From positions 953,850-1,017,849 of the forward strand of contig ML992509.1 of assembly GCA_010093995.1 (NCBI GenBank): DNA of 64,000 nt, read 5' to 3'. This DNA is from Elsinoe ampelina (taxonomy: Eukaryota). Both the position numbers and the translations under genes were made by a program. The notes below the pieces were generated by a model. It made no database searches. It was not told where the DNA came from and was given only the letters and a program-made list of their open reading frames with translations. Shown here one piece after another: positions 11,082 through 23,400 of this stretch (position 1 is the stretch's first letter; each line of letters starts with the position of its first letter).

Positions 11082-11798
11082 ATGGATACATCACCGATCG
11101 ACGACGAGAATCTCACCCGTGTCCTCGCGACCGCTCAGCAGACTCGCGCCCATTGCTTGTCATTGCTCCAATTCCTAGAAGAACATAAGCAGTCCTCTTC
11201 GGAGCCATCTCAAGAGGATGCGCTCGCTCTGTCTCGTCTCCAGAAACAGCTCACTTCTCATCTGTCGCTCCTTCGTGGTCATCATCGACGAGCAGTCTAC
11301 TCAGCCCGCCTATCGAAATCTGATACAGCCGAATTCAAATCCGAAATCGACTCCCTCCATCTCTCACTGCAGAACTTATTCTATGAACAACGGCATCTTC
11401 TGGGCGAAATCCAAGGTTGTGAGGACTACCCACATAGCTACACATCGTTATCGCTGCAAGACGAAGAGGCATTCCTGGATCGGATGGTATCATCGAATGC
11501 CGAGGATGGATCCGACAAATGGGCGTTCAAGGTTTCCCTGACGCCGCACGAATACATGGTTGCAAGAATAAAGGACGAGAAGGAGGAGAGACAAAGGTTA
11601 GAGAAGGAGAGACAAGAGTTGCTGAAGAAAAAGGCAGAATTGACCAAGCGGAATGAAGGTTACAGGAAGGAGCTCGAGAAGGTGGACAAGGAGGTTGAGA
11701 CGTGGTTAGAGGCACGATCAAAAGTCGAGAAGCTCTTCGAGGACAAGCTTGGAAAGGAAATTAAGGCAGCAAGCATGGAGATGGATGTTGCAGCTTGA
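11082..11798 (+). CDS. THO complex subunit 5 / Fms-interacting protein domain protein
   Basis: LRGHHRRA...KSEIDSLHLSLQNLFYEQRHLLGEIQGC and HEYMVARIKDEKEER match the FimP/THOC5 N-terminal region. Confidence 0.8.
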   Translation: MDTSPIDDENLTRVLATAQQTRAHCLSLLQFLEEHKQSSSEPSQEDALALSRLQKQLTSHLSLLRGHHRRAVYSARLSKSDTAEFKSEIDSLHLSLQNLFYEQRHLLGEIQGCEDYPHSYTSLSLQDEEAFLDRMVSSNAEDGSDKWAFKVSLTPHEYMVARIKDEKEERQRLEKERQELLKKKAELTKRNEGYRKELEKVDKEVETWLEARSKVEKLFEDKLGKEIKAASMEMDVAA

Positions 11799-12121
11799 TT
11801 GTAGTAATTGAGTTGAAACGAGAGCTACAATCGTGTGCTTGTGAGTACATTCCTGTTTCGTTCATGTATTTTCAACTATGGGCCATTGGCAGAATACTTC
11901 AAATGGAACTTCGCAGCTGATGACGAGATTTATGATTGACGCAATTCTGCAGCAAGTCGTATACGTCTCCGTTGCCCACGTCTATTGCATTTGCAGCTCG
12001 AGGCCGGCGAGCTCGCTGCTGTGGTCGTGGATTGTGCCGCAGATACCGCTGCTTCGTCCAGCTTCGTGACCCTTAGATCGACAAATTTCGAGCGGCAGCA
12101 AAACTAATCAAGATCGGCACA

Positions 12122-14850
12122 ATGTCTTCGTCTCGCGCTCCCAGCATTGTGACGGACGTAAGCTATCAGTACACCACCTATGGCTACGATACAGGTTCTG
12201 TCTCCTACAGTAGACCACCGTCCACCAGACCGGGCACTGCGAGACCTCAAACTCCAAGACTCCACACTGCAAGACCACGAACGGGCACATCCACAATTGG
12301 CGTCGAGTATCAGCGAATCATCTGTGCCATCAGTGAATCGCGTGGTATCTCACCGACAGTCGGTCTGGCATTCGTCAACCTTGACACCACCACAGCTACA
12401 CTGTGTCAGATTTCCGACAGCCAAACCTACGTCAGGACATTACAAAAGCTGATGGTGCTCTCTCCGGCTGCAATTCTGATCGCTAGCACATCCGTCAGCC
12501 CCAAATCGAAGCTGGTGACTACCCTGGAGCAGCATCTCGATGAGCTCAACTGCGAGGTGCTGTTGGCGGACAGAAAGTACTGGGCGGAGCAAACGGGCAT
12601 GGAGTACATGAGGCAGCTTACACCAGCTCGAGACATTGATTCTTTGACCATCGCTGTCGGCGAGAACTTTTATGCTGTGTGCAGTCTGGCTGCTGTAAAT
12701 CCTTGGAACTTGTGCAACCTTCATCCAAGCTTACCAGATTCCAGGTAATCAAGCATATTGAAGTTGGAATGAGCATTACTATCCCCCACCATACCATGCG
12801 GATCAAGTACGAGTCGCCTGAAAGCTCCATGATGATCGACACCGCCACGATACGCTCACTCGAATTGGTTCAGAACTTGCACAATCCAAAATCCCGTGAC
12901 TGCCTGTATGGCATTCTCAACAAGACTTCCACCGAGATGGGCGCCAGATTACTCAGAAGTAGCCTTCTCCAACCTCTGACCGACCCTGACGAACTCGGAT
13001 CAAGGTACGACGCAGTCGAAGAGCTCAGCACGAGTGAAGACATGTTCTTCGCCGTCCAAGATGCTCTAAAAATTACACTGGATACAGACAAGATCTTGAC
13101 CAGTCTGGTGATAGCACCAAAGCATCAAACTCTTCAAACAACCGAGCAAGCCGCCAACAACGTACTGGCACTGAAATACTTTGCTAATGCTGTTGGGCCT
13201 ATTCATGAAGCCCTGTCTGGTGCTAGGTGTGATGTCCTGGCGGGGATCAGGGAGATCACGCGGCTGTTCATGATACGCCCTGTCTTGCAGTTGATCGACG
13301 GTACGATCAACGAGGATACCATCTGGGCAACCCAACCAGTCGATCTACGTAATCAGAGATGCTATGCTGTCAAAGCAGGTGTCAATGGCCTCCTCGACAT
13401 TGCCCGTCTGGTCTTCAAAGAAGCATCCGAGGATGCATTTGAACACATGCAGTCTTTGGCTACAGAACACAATCTCGGCCTAGAATTCCAGTTTGACAGT
13501 GGTCGACAGTACTACTTCCGCCTGCAAGTGTCGGAGCTTGATGGAGTGGAGCTACCAGCAGCGTTCATCAACGTCTATCGCAAGAAGAAATATCTCGAGT
13601 TTCAAACACTCGACTTGCTCAAATTCAATCAGAAGATCCGGGATGCTTGTACAGAGGTCTTGCTCATGAGCGACAAGTCCATCCAAGACCTGATTTCGGA
13701 TATCCACGAGCATATTCCTGACCTGTTCAACATTTCGGAAGCCATTGCAATGCTTGACATGCTGGCGGCTTTTGCAAAACTGACTACCGGGGCGGAGGAT
13801 TATATCAGACCTCAGATCAATGAGACATTGGCAATGAGAGCTGCCAGACATCCGGTGAAAGAGCATATCCAGCAGACCAAGTTCATCGCCAACGACATTT
13901 ATGCTACCCAGACCCGGCGTTTCCAGATTATTACGGGCTGCAACATGTCTGGTAAAAGCACGTACATTAGGACGGTGGCTTTGCTCGTGGTCATGGCGCA
14001 GGTCGGCTCGTTTGTCCCAGCGTCCTCACTGGCCACATTTCCGATTGCGAAACAGCTCATGGCTAGAGTGTCCACAGACGACTTTATCGAAGCCAATGTG
14101 TCGACATTCTCCGCCGAAATGCGCGAGATTGCATACATTCTCAACAACATCGATCGACACAGTCTATGCATCATCGATGAGCTAGGTCGCGGTACCACGA
14201 CGAGGGATGGCATAGCTATTGCGCTCGCTATAGCCGAAGAACTAGTCCGCAGTCGAGCTCTCGTCTGGTTCGCAACACACTTTCGTGATCTGGCAAAGAT
14301 CATGTCCGAGCGAGCTGGTGTCACAAGCTTGCACCTCGCTGTCGACTCCACTTCAGATACTGTGACGATGCTGTACCGTCTCACCGATGGCGTAGAGACA
14401 GAAGAGCATTATGGTCTGAAATTAGCAAAGGTCCTGCCGTTCCCGCCCACAGTCATTGAGACGGCCGGACGAGTGTCCAATGCGCTCGAGGAGCGAGCCA
14501 AGAGGAATCAAAAGGCGAGTCTGGCTGTCATTCATGCAAGGAGGAAGAGGCTCATTCTCAACCTGAGAGAGCAATTGAAACAAGCATACCAGGGCAAGAT
14601 GAACAATACTGTTCTTCGGGACTGGCTTAAAGCGCTTCAGGAAGAGTTCATTGTGCAGATGGTCAAGATCGACGAAGAGGCGGCTGAAGCCCGAGAAGCT
14701 GAGGAGACTGAGCAGGGGGAAGGAGCAGAGCAAGAGGACGGGGTCGTCACCAGGGATGGAAGCTCTCAGGCGGCCAGATCCGAAGTGTCTGCACAGACTA
14801 TGTTGCAGAGCATGGTCGGATCAGAGCAGAGCTTGCTGTTCGACTCATGA
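12122..14850 (+). CDS. MSH4: MutS homolog 4, meiotic crossover protein (intron 12695-12744)
   Basis: ICAISESRGISPTVGLA, QISDSQTY, RNQRCYAVKAGVNGLLDIAR, Walker A TGCNMSGKST, IIDELGRGT, ATHF. No mismatch-recognition domain I. A 50-nt GT-AG intron restores the frame. Confidence 0.93.
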
Positions 14851-14949
14851 AGCATGAAGAGCACAACCTTGTGCACGTCGCATGACATCCAAATCTTTAT
14901 ACACGGCTGATAGCATCATGTCTATGTACAAAATAGCCAAACACACCGC

Positions 14950-16002
14950 TCACAACTTACTCCTCGTCTCCAAGTATCCATACCCCGTCCTCAGCATCTC
15001 CTTTGCCTCCTCCACCATCTCCTCTACAATCTTCCCCGCCGGCTTCACCTCCCCAATGACTCCCGCCACCTGACCCATCAAATGCGGCATATCCACCTCG
15101 ACATCCTCACTATCCAAATCCTTCATCATCGGCACAATCCCTTGCTCCGTCAACCTCTTAATCTCCTCCGGCCTCTCCTCCCACTTGCGAATGTACTCAT
15201 TAATCTTGACCCTCAACGGCCGACCACTAACCACCAACGTCCTCCCCGTATCCTCAAACCGCGCACTCACCACCTCCTCCTTATGCACCCTCGAACACCC
15301 AGCCTCCTCACTCGCCACAAACCTCGTGCCCACCCACACGCCCACCGCACCCTGCATCAACGCGGCCGCCAGTCCCCGTCCATCATACACCCCTCCAGCA
15401 GCCACCACCATGGCCGGGCCCCCCGTCAACGGACTCTTGTACCGTCTCGCGACATCCACCACCGCAGGCACGAGGATATTCCCGCTAATATCCCCGGTAT
15501 GACCCCCCCCTTCCCCACCCTGGGCACACACAATATCCACCCCAGCCTCCAGCGCCTTGACAGCATGCTTCGGATGCCCCACCATATTCATCACCAGTAT
15601 CCCCGCTTTGTGCAACCTCTCAATCACATGTTTCGGCGGGACCCCCACCGCAGAAACAAACAACCTCGCCTCCTCCTCTATCGTCACGGAAATCAACTCA
15701 TCCAGTTGTCCATGCGTGTAATCATGGTTCGTCTTCCTCGCTCCCCCACCGACCTGCGGCAGCGCCAGGTCCACGCCGAAGGGCAGCGAGGGGGAGGCCA
15801 GATTGGCTTTTATCTCGTGGATGATGGAGCGCAGTTGGGACGGGGTGTAGCCTAGGCCGCCGATGACGCCGAGGCCGCCGGAGTTGGAGACGGCGGCGGC
15901 GAGGGGCCCGGAGGAGGTGCGCGCCATGCCGGCGAGGATGATGGGGTTGGAGATGGAGAGGAGGGACGTGAGGGGGGTGTGGAGGGTGGGGGGTGGGGGC
16001 AT
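14950..16002 (-). CDS. Nitronate monooxygenase / 2-nitropropane dioxygenase-like FMN oxidoreductase
   Basis: PIILAGM, AVSNSGGLGVIG, QGGEGGGHTG, AAGGVYDGRGLAAAL, GVWVGTRF, MGQVAG. Confidence 0.92.
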   Translation of the reverse strand: MPPPPTLHTPLTSLLSISNPIILAGMARTSSGPLAAAVSNSGGLGVIGGLGYTPSQLRSIIHEIKANLASPSLPFGVDLALPQVGGGARKTNHDYTHGQLDELISVTIEEEARLFVSAVGVPPKHVIERLHKAGILVMNMVGHPKHAVKALEAGVDIVCAQGGEGGGHTGDISGNILVPAVVDVARRYKSPLTGGPAMVVAAGGVYDGRGLAAALMQGAVGVWVGTRFVASEEAGCSRVHKEEVVSARFEDTGRTLVVSGRPLRVKINEYIRKWEERPEEIKRLTEQGIVPMMKDLDSEDVEVDMPHLMGQVAGVIGEVKPAGKIVEEMVEEAKEMLRTGYGYLETRSKL

Positions 16003-16600
16003 GGTTGTGGGTGGGTGGGGTGCTTGTGGTGGTGAGAGCGGTTCGTCGATGACGAGGGTGGAAGGGTGGTGGTTGAGAGGATGAGGAGTTGGGAGAGAGG
16101 TCGGTTTGTAGATGATAGAAAGTAATCAAGGGTCTGGAGATGCCGAGGTGTGGTTTGCGGGGAAAGCTGGGTTAGAGTTCAGCCGCGCGTCTGGGGATAT
16201 CATTCGAGATATTGTGAGTAGCAAAGTGTGATCGTGTAACGATTGCGTTGTATAACTGAGAATGGTTTCAGTGTACGAAAGGAACAATGACCAGGTACTC
16301 GCATGCACAAAGAACCAACATGTTGGAGCAATCAATAATTGATAAAGTTACACAATAGAAGCAAAGACCCAACCTAATAATTCATAACAGCATATCCCAT
16401 CCATCAAACAGAGCCTGTATCTCTGCTTATCCTTGACCCATGTCCGTCAGCGCCACCGTTCCGTGCCCTCGGGGCATTGTTTTATTTCCACATACACAGC
16501 AGGTAAGCACCTGCAGCCCAAGTCGTTAAATCATCGAACCAACACCATTCCCAGTACCGGAAAGATGGAAGAAATACCACCCGTAACCCCCAAAATCTCC

Positions 16601-18392
16601 TCACTCAATAATCTCAAGTTCGCCCTTTCTGCCTTGCGCAAAAACATCCTTCCATTCTTCCCAGATACCGATAAGCTCGTTGATATAGCGCTCATGAATC
16701 TCGTCAACATACGCTGGGTCTGGTCGCGCAAATTGCTGGACCTGGATTGGACGGCCGACAACGATATTGATGGGCCGGCGGTAAGGTAGCAGACCAACAT
16801 CGTAATTGAAAACACCTCGAGCGTGGAACAAGGGGATGGTAAAGCCGAGTGCCTTCTTGATCAGCATTTGACCTTTCTGCACCCATGGGTGTTCGTCGCT
16901 GTTGACTTGTTCGTAGAGCTCATTCTCTCCGAAAGAGAGTACAGGGACGAGGTCGGCGCCAGTGCGGATGGCGAGCTTGACAAAGCCCTTGCGACGCTTG
17001 AGAACGAGTCGTAGGCTGTTGGGCTGAGCATCGAGAGATTCTCGTGCTCCACCGACCACGATCGTGATGGCGCGTCCCATGCCTTCCTTGTTAGGGCCAC
17101 CCTTGGAAAGAATGTTTTCGCATGACTCGCGCGACACAGATGCTAGACCCATACGAAGAGCATAGTCGCGGTATAGGGGTGTTCGGAAGTTTGTATCAAG
17201 GGTAAGAAGGGTGTTCGTAATGCCGGGAAAGAGCTGCGAGAAGCCCAGAGCCTCTGTCGCAAAGGCTGCAAAGGCGCCGTGGGAAATGATGCCGTGTGGG
17301 TGGTAGCCGAAGAGATACTTCCGAGTTGGAGGAAGTGTTGTGGTACGATGCAGGCGAGCGGGAAAGTAAGATGCGAATAGCGACCAGATTGGTAGCCGTC
17401 TGAGTCTTTCGGAGCGGTAGGTCAGCTCGCCAGAGGTGGGTGCTTTTGAGAAAGTGATGTAGAGGAGATACGGGATGATAATCGGCCATAGAATCGGAAT
17501 TGCGCACAAGAAGAAGAACAAGCCGAGAAAGGAGGCGATACTGAGAGTATGGGCGAGGACCATCATCGTCTGAAGGCGGCGTTGCAAGGGTACATTGAGA
17601 GGCGCAAAGCGAATACTGAGTGGGTTGGATGTTAGTCTCGACCCGGATCACAAAATGTCTGAGAGCTTACGCAGACTGCCTCCATCCTTCGCCGGCCTTG
17701 CGTCCACTAACCAGGTCATCTCTAGAGTACCTCCGCTTGTGTTGTGGCCTCCCTCTCTCTTTCTCTTTCTCCTTTTCCTTTTCCGCGATCGTCTTATCGG
17801 TCCTGCGGTTCTCCTCAAAGCCATCGGCAGGCTTGACAGTGGTCAAATGCTCCCCATGCTTGCCATCGAACTTCTCATAAACCAGTTTATTAGACATGCT
17901 GTCGCTGACCTCTCGAGATCCACCGTTCAGTGTGGCCGACGGTATCCTCCTGTTCATTCTGCGAAGAGGGCTTCGAGGTGATCCGTCAGTGTTGACGGAC
18001 CGTCGGTCAATGTCAATTTCCGCGCTCTGGTTGCTCGAACTACGTCTGTGGCCGTTGACGGTCGGGTTAGCGGCGTCCGCGTACGACAAGCCAGACACAG
18101 GCTTCCGTTGTACAGGAGTGGGGGTGACGGGCCGCGGGGAGTTCTGTATCTCGTCTTCTTCGAGCACTTCTCCTAAAGGTCGAGGAGCACTGGCGTCGCT
18201 GCTGGATCGTGGAGGCGACTCTTTGATCAAGTCCTCATCATTGTCGGAGGCACTATGATCCGGAGAGGGGTAGCCGGTGTCGTTCTCAACCGCGTCGGCG
18301 TAGGATTTGGGAGGGAGGTGTTTCGCCTGGCGCACTTTGGGGTTGGCGGGTTCAGAGTACAGAGCGGGCATCCTGTCGATATGCGGCGGCAT
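16601..18392 (-). CDS. DGA1: Diacylglycerol O-acyltransferase (DGAT2 family; intron 17616-17670)
   Basis: YFP, FGYHPHG, GGARE and RRKGFVKLA motifs. A 55-nt intron (GTAAGC...CTAAC...CAG) joins the disordered N-terminal exon to IRFAPLNVPLQRRLQT. Confidence 0.93.
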
Positions 18393-19370
18393 GTATCATT
18401 CGGATTGCATGTCCAATTGGATGGACACCTTGTGGATAGTTGAAGACTGACGCAGAAGTGAGGTCGAGGATCGCGCGAGGATCGACGGGAACCTTTTGGA
18501 GCAGGAAACTTTTGGTGGAGCTCAGGCTGCGGCAAGTTGGGGAGTGACGTAGCAAGCTTGCGAGGGGGACGATCCTCCTTGTCCGAAACCGTCACTGTCA
18601 CAGCAATTGAGATGACTCTATTGTTTGAAGTTGGAGTGTATATGTAGATGAAGATGAGAGCGAGCAATTGAGCAAGATAGACACCCCCGACATGTTGTTA
18701 TTGCTCTCCTCTTGTTCCTGTCGCGCGTCAAACGTCCGCACAGTTGCAGATCAGGGGAACCTCCAGGAGGTCCCAAGATTGGACCATGGTACACCATGAC
18801 TCGGAGATAGATCAAGCACGATTCAGGGTCGGCAGCGGATTGAATTCGATACAGGTGTTTGGCTAGGCTGTGGTATCGAGCTCCACCGTGGGTATGACGA
18901 TATTAAACAGCTGTAGTATGACAGGGAAGTCTAGAGTGCGCGTACATGGCAGGCTTTCCGCATTCATGGCCCATTGGCTAAAGAGAGCAGACCCAGTCCT
19001 GCTGTCACACCATCTTTATATACACCAGATTGGTCAAACCTGGCTTGTCCAGCTCCAGGTTAGCATGTTGCTAGGCTTTGCCCCCAAGCTAGTTGTCCCC
19101 AGTGATTGCCTCGTGTCCAGCCTTGATCGATCAGAATCATGCTTCAACCTCTCCAGCGCGAAGCTTCTTGATATCCGAGATCTCTGCTGACTTCCCCTGG
19201 TATGAGCGAGCCTATGAGCAGATCCATCTCTACCATGCCTCACCGCCCTCACCCCCTTACTCTCCAGCCTGCATCGTGACCTGCCATGCCCCACCCTCAG
19301 CTTCCTCTCCCAAGACAATTCTTCCAACATAATGCAAGTCTTCCTCAGAAGGAAAGCCAGTCACGCGTCT

Positions 19371-19955
19371 TCACCGAAACACATTCTTAATCCCGGGACT
19401 CTGATACATCTCCAACCGCCTCTGCCCTTTCCGAAGCAAGAACTCGATGGTCGCGAAATCCTTTTTGCTCAGGCCGAGATGTTCGCGGAACTCGTCCCTG
19501 CTGTCGTCAGTACCGTGGCATCGTGGCAGACATATATAGAAGAATATCAGACGGGCATCGCTCACCCGGGACGGGACGGCCGGGAGAGAGGCTGACAGTG
19601 CACGGTGGTACAGAAGTGGCGACAGGAGAGAACATACCGGACGAAGGCGAGAAAGTTGGGCTGTGTTTCCTGGTAGAATGTCAGCCTAGTGATCTTCGAT
19701 GTGGCCCAGCGAATGGGCTAGCCCGGTCCAGCATGATATCCTCTCATGTGAGGAGATTAGGAGGAGTCCGGAGAACGAACGCCGCAGACCGTGATGGAAA
19801 GCAAAGGGGACAGATCGTGGCAAGTCAATGTCGGCCATCTGATTGTGATAACTAATTATGGAGAAGAACCTTACCTCGGGTTTATGCCGGATAGCGCGGA
19901 GACAGTTCCTGTACAGAGAGAGGACGTCGCGCTGGAGGCCCGAGAGGCGGGCCAT
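19371..19955 (-). CDS. SDH6: Succinate dehydrogenase assembly factor 1 (LYR family), 79 aa, 3 exons (19875-19955, 19638-19669, 19371-19497)
   Basis: Spliced product MARLSGLQRDVLSLYRNCLRAIRHKPEETQPNFLAFVRDEFREHLGLSKKDFATIEFLLRKGQRRLEMYQSPGIKNVFR, with the LYR motif and DFxxIExLLRKG. Canonical splice signals. Confidence 0.9.
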
Positions 19956-20485
19956 TACCGGTCTAGACACGAGAAAGGATGTGCTGGGAGATTGGAAACC
20001 ATAAAGGGAGCATCCGATTATGTTCTGCGACAGGTCGAAGAATTGATGATGAGTTGTATAGTGTTCGTCGTCAATGCTTGGCAGGTACGGACATCGATGA
20101 CGACAATGCTTCCAGATTTTTGGCACGGAAGAAAATATATCATTAGACTTGCCAACAGCTGGGTGGTTGGTCACTTGCACATGGATTGACAGTAACGTGA
20201 TCGACGTGCATTCATAGTCTACACATATCCCCATGACGGTATTACCCTACCAAAATTCCATTCCCGTGACCTGACCAGTCCAATCCGAACACCATGCTTG
20301 TATACACCGTCCCAAACCCCTTCCCCTCGGCTCCTGGCCTCTGTCTCGCCTCCAACCAGACATGCTCAATCCTGGCCTCCCCAAATCTCTCTCCCGGATC
20401 CGACCATCAACCCAACACCCCCCTTCCTCTCACCCCTCCTCCTACCAGACCTTATCCTCCCCTTCACCCACTCCAAGAAGAGACC

Positions 20486-23400
20486 CTATCCCTCCCTCCC
20501 CAAGATCACAAAATGCTGCTCCCAAATCCACCCCAACATCCTATCGGGATCGTCTTGGTTCTTCGCCAACCACAGCTCACCCTTGGAACCCACAACGTCA
20601 AACACCTCCCCTTGCACGTACGTCAGATAGGGATACCCAGCTTCCCTCCTCGCTCGGTCAATGTTGAACTCGAACAAGCTGGCTGCGACCCATTGGACGG
20701 GCATGTCGGGAGGTGCGTACCGTGGGGAGAGAGGTGGTTGTATGGTTGATCCTGTCGTAGTCGTGCTTTGGCTTGTGGAGGATGCGATCGAGGGTGCGGC
20801 CATGGATGCCGCGAGTGACTGCTGGGTGGGTGCTTGTTGAAGGACGCCGTGACCTTGAGTGGGTGAGCCGAGAGCGGTGCCGGGGTAGGCGACGCCGGCG
20901 ATACCCATACCCATGCCAGCGAGGGCGGAAGTGGCCCCGTGAGAAGAGTCATTACTCATCGGCATGGCGCTGCTGAAGATGCCGGAGGAGCGTTGAGCGC
21001 GGTCGGAGGGTTCTTGTTGGGCCGAGAAGTACGAGGTACCGCTGTCTGGACGACTGGGACGTTGTGAAGAGGAGCCACCTGCATCCACAGATCCGCGTTG
21101 GTAGCCATAGCCTGGACTGTACAGGTCTGATGGGCGAGGTGCTGTTGGAGGACGAGAATTGGAGAAAGACGATTTAGGACCTTGACTAGGAAGTCGAGGA
21201 GTGCCATCAGGTCGAGGTACTGAAGCTGCTCGACCGCGCTGGTGGATGTCGCGGGCGGAAAGATTAGAAGAAGATCGTGCCCGAGCATATTGTTGACCAT
21301 TGATTGACACGTTGGCATTGTAGAAGCCAGGTAACTGTGCTGCAGATTGTGTGCGTGGCGTCTCGCTCTGATGAAGCGATGGGGAGTACTCGCTGCCAAT
21401 TGACTGTGTTCGTGAAGAGATTCCTTCCGGTCTTGAAGGCCGGTATGGATCGTCCGCAGTAGAGAAAGACATCTGCGGCGAAAGGAATTGAGATGCTTCG
21501 TGAAGCAGTGATCCGTTGCAAAGACCCAAAGAGTACAGCTGGGTCGACACAAGATCATGCTCGGCGCGAAAGTCTGGCAGAATTTGCTCCCAGGAGTCAG
21601 GTGGCGATTCAGGTAAGCTGCCGAGAACGGGTCGGAGCTTCATCTCCCATGTCCAAAGCCAAGCCAGCTGTATCTGATGGTGACAAGCTAAACACCGTTG
21701 GATGAGCTGTGCGGTCAGAGAATACAACCTCGGCAGATCGATCTTGAGCTGTTCGTTCAGCGCGGTGTACATCTCCGCGCCCTCCAGCAGCTTCTTATCA
21801 GGCTTTTGCCCCTGCTTCTCCATCTGCTTGCATCTAGCATAATCGATCATCCGCTTCTTGCGCTTCCCCATGATGTTTTGTGGCGACTCGTGCAGGCGTA
21901 GAGCGGTGACGATAGGATCGATGACCCTCTTCTTGATCTGCGTCTTGTGATCCGCCAAGGCGACGTTGGACAGCTCTCGGATGGCGAGGATAAACTTGCG
22001 CCACTTGCTTTCGATCTCCGGGTAGATGCATTGTCCAACGTCAATGAAACCTTCTAATGCCATGGCAAAAGCGTTGAATTTCTCGACAGCGCGGTCGATC
22101 TCGGTAAGTGACCCTTGCACATCGCGCATGACGACCTGGAGGCGGACGTAGTGACCTCCAAACTTCATGGCTAGGTCCTCGTACTCGGAGTCCTGGTACT
22201 CGTTCTTGATGCCGATGCGCTCTTTGACCTTGTCCGTACGTAGACCAAATGCCTTGGCTAGTCCAGACCTCATATCAGTGTCCTTCTTTTTCCTCTGAAC
22301 GATCGACTCGACCAAATCAGCCCGTCTCTTCGCTTCGTTGATGCGCTGAGAGACATTTGTTGACTCGATGACAGCATTGCTGAGAGCAGCATGATCCGGA
22401 TGGTCGGGCGGGGTGACAGCCAATAATTGTTGAAGGAGCAGCGGGTATTTGAGGATACGTTGCACAGGCTTGACCAACAGAGAATCCAGATCCCAAGCTG
22501 ATGTGATGTCGCTAGCATTATTGTGACACTCGTTCAGCCAGCACATGACGGTCGGATCAGTCTGTAGAACTGCAAGGCGCTTGTTGGCACTCTCATGATT
22601 CTTCAGGTAGAAGCTGTACACCTGCTCGATCCGCGGGAGGAACTTCTCAAAGACCGATCCGATTGCAGTGAGCCTATCCTGATCCTCAGAGGGCTGCTCC
22701 GAAGCAGGCTGATCCGTGCCGCCAGATGTTCCGCTGCCGCGCTTCGTTTGCCATCGCGTTGATTTTGAAGGGACATAGAATGGAGCAACAGCGCGTCTGA
22801 AGGCGTCATAGAGGTCTAATGACAGTGCTTCGACCTGATCAACATTACCAAAGAGGGCCTTTTTGTCCTCTGCTGAGATCAGTGACCCGACTGTGGCCTT
22901 GTAAATATCCTCGATGATCTTCATGTCCTGATGATACGAGTATTCCGTGTCCACGAGCTCCTTAATGATGTTGCGACGCTTCGCGAGGCGCCTTTCGACC
23001 TGTGATGGCTCCTTGTCTTCCGCAAGGACGGGAGAGCTGCGGTCTGTAGATTCCGCATTGATTGATGTTTGCGATATGGAAGACATCGACTGCGAAGGAG
23101 GCACCGATGATGATCCTGCGCGCTGGGATTCCTCAGACGGCCTCAGAGAGCTGGTGATGGCAATGCCAACAGTCGGTGAATCTGGAGTGGGTGGCTCACT
23201 TGGCGGCTGTGGTTCAATGATAAAGGCATCGCCAACCATAGGCGGAGGCGGTGGAGCATGTGCCGGCGCAGGTGGACTGGGTGGTGGTTTGATACCAGCG
23301 CGTGGTGGTGACTCGGGCGCTTCAAATCCCAAAACACCTTCCAATGGGCCCCCGACCTCAATTTCGGGAAGTGACATGGCCGATTCTTGCGAATATCTTT

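Noticed and set aside
7165..16002. P450 plus nitronate monooxygenase as a secondary-metabolite cluster
   Set aside because: No PKS, NRPS, terpene cyclase, transporter or Zn2Cys6 regulator is present, and the two genes are separated by housekeeping genes.
19498..19874. TPP riboswitch or stwintron in the SDH6 introns
   Set aside because: The TPP aptamer core (CUGAGA...CUGAU...AAU...AGCG) is absent, and no internal intron excision regenerates a split donor.
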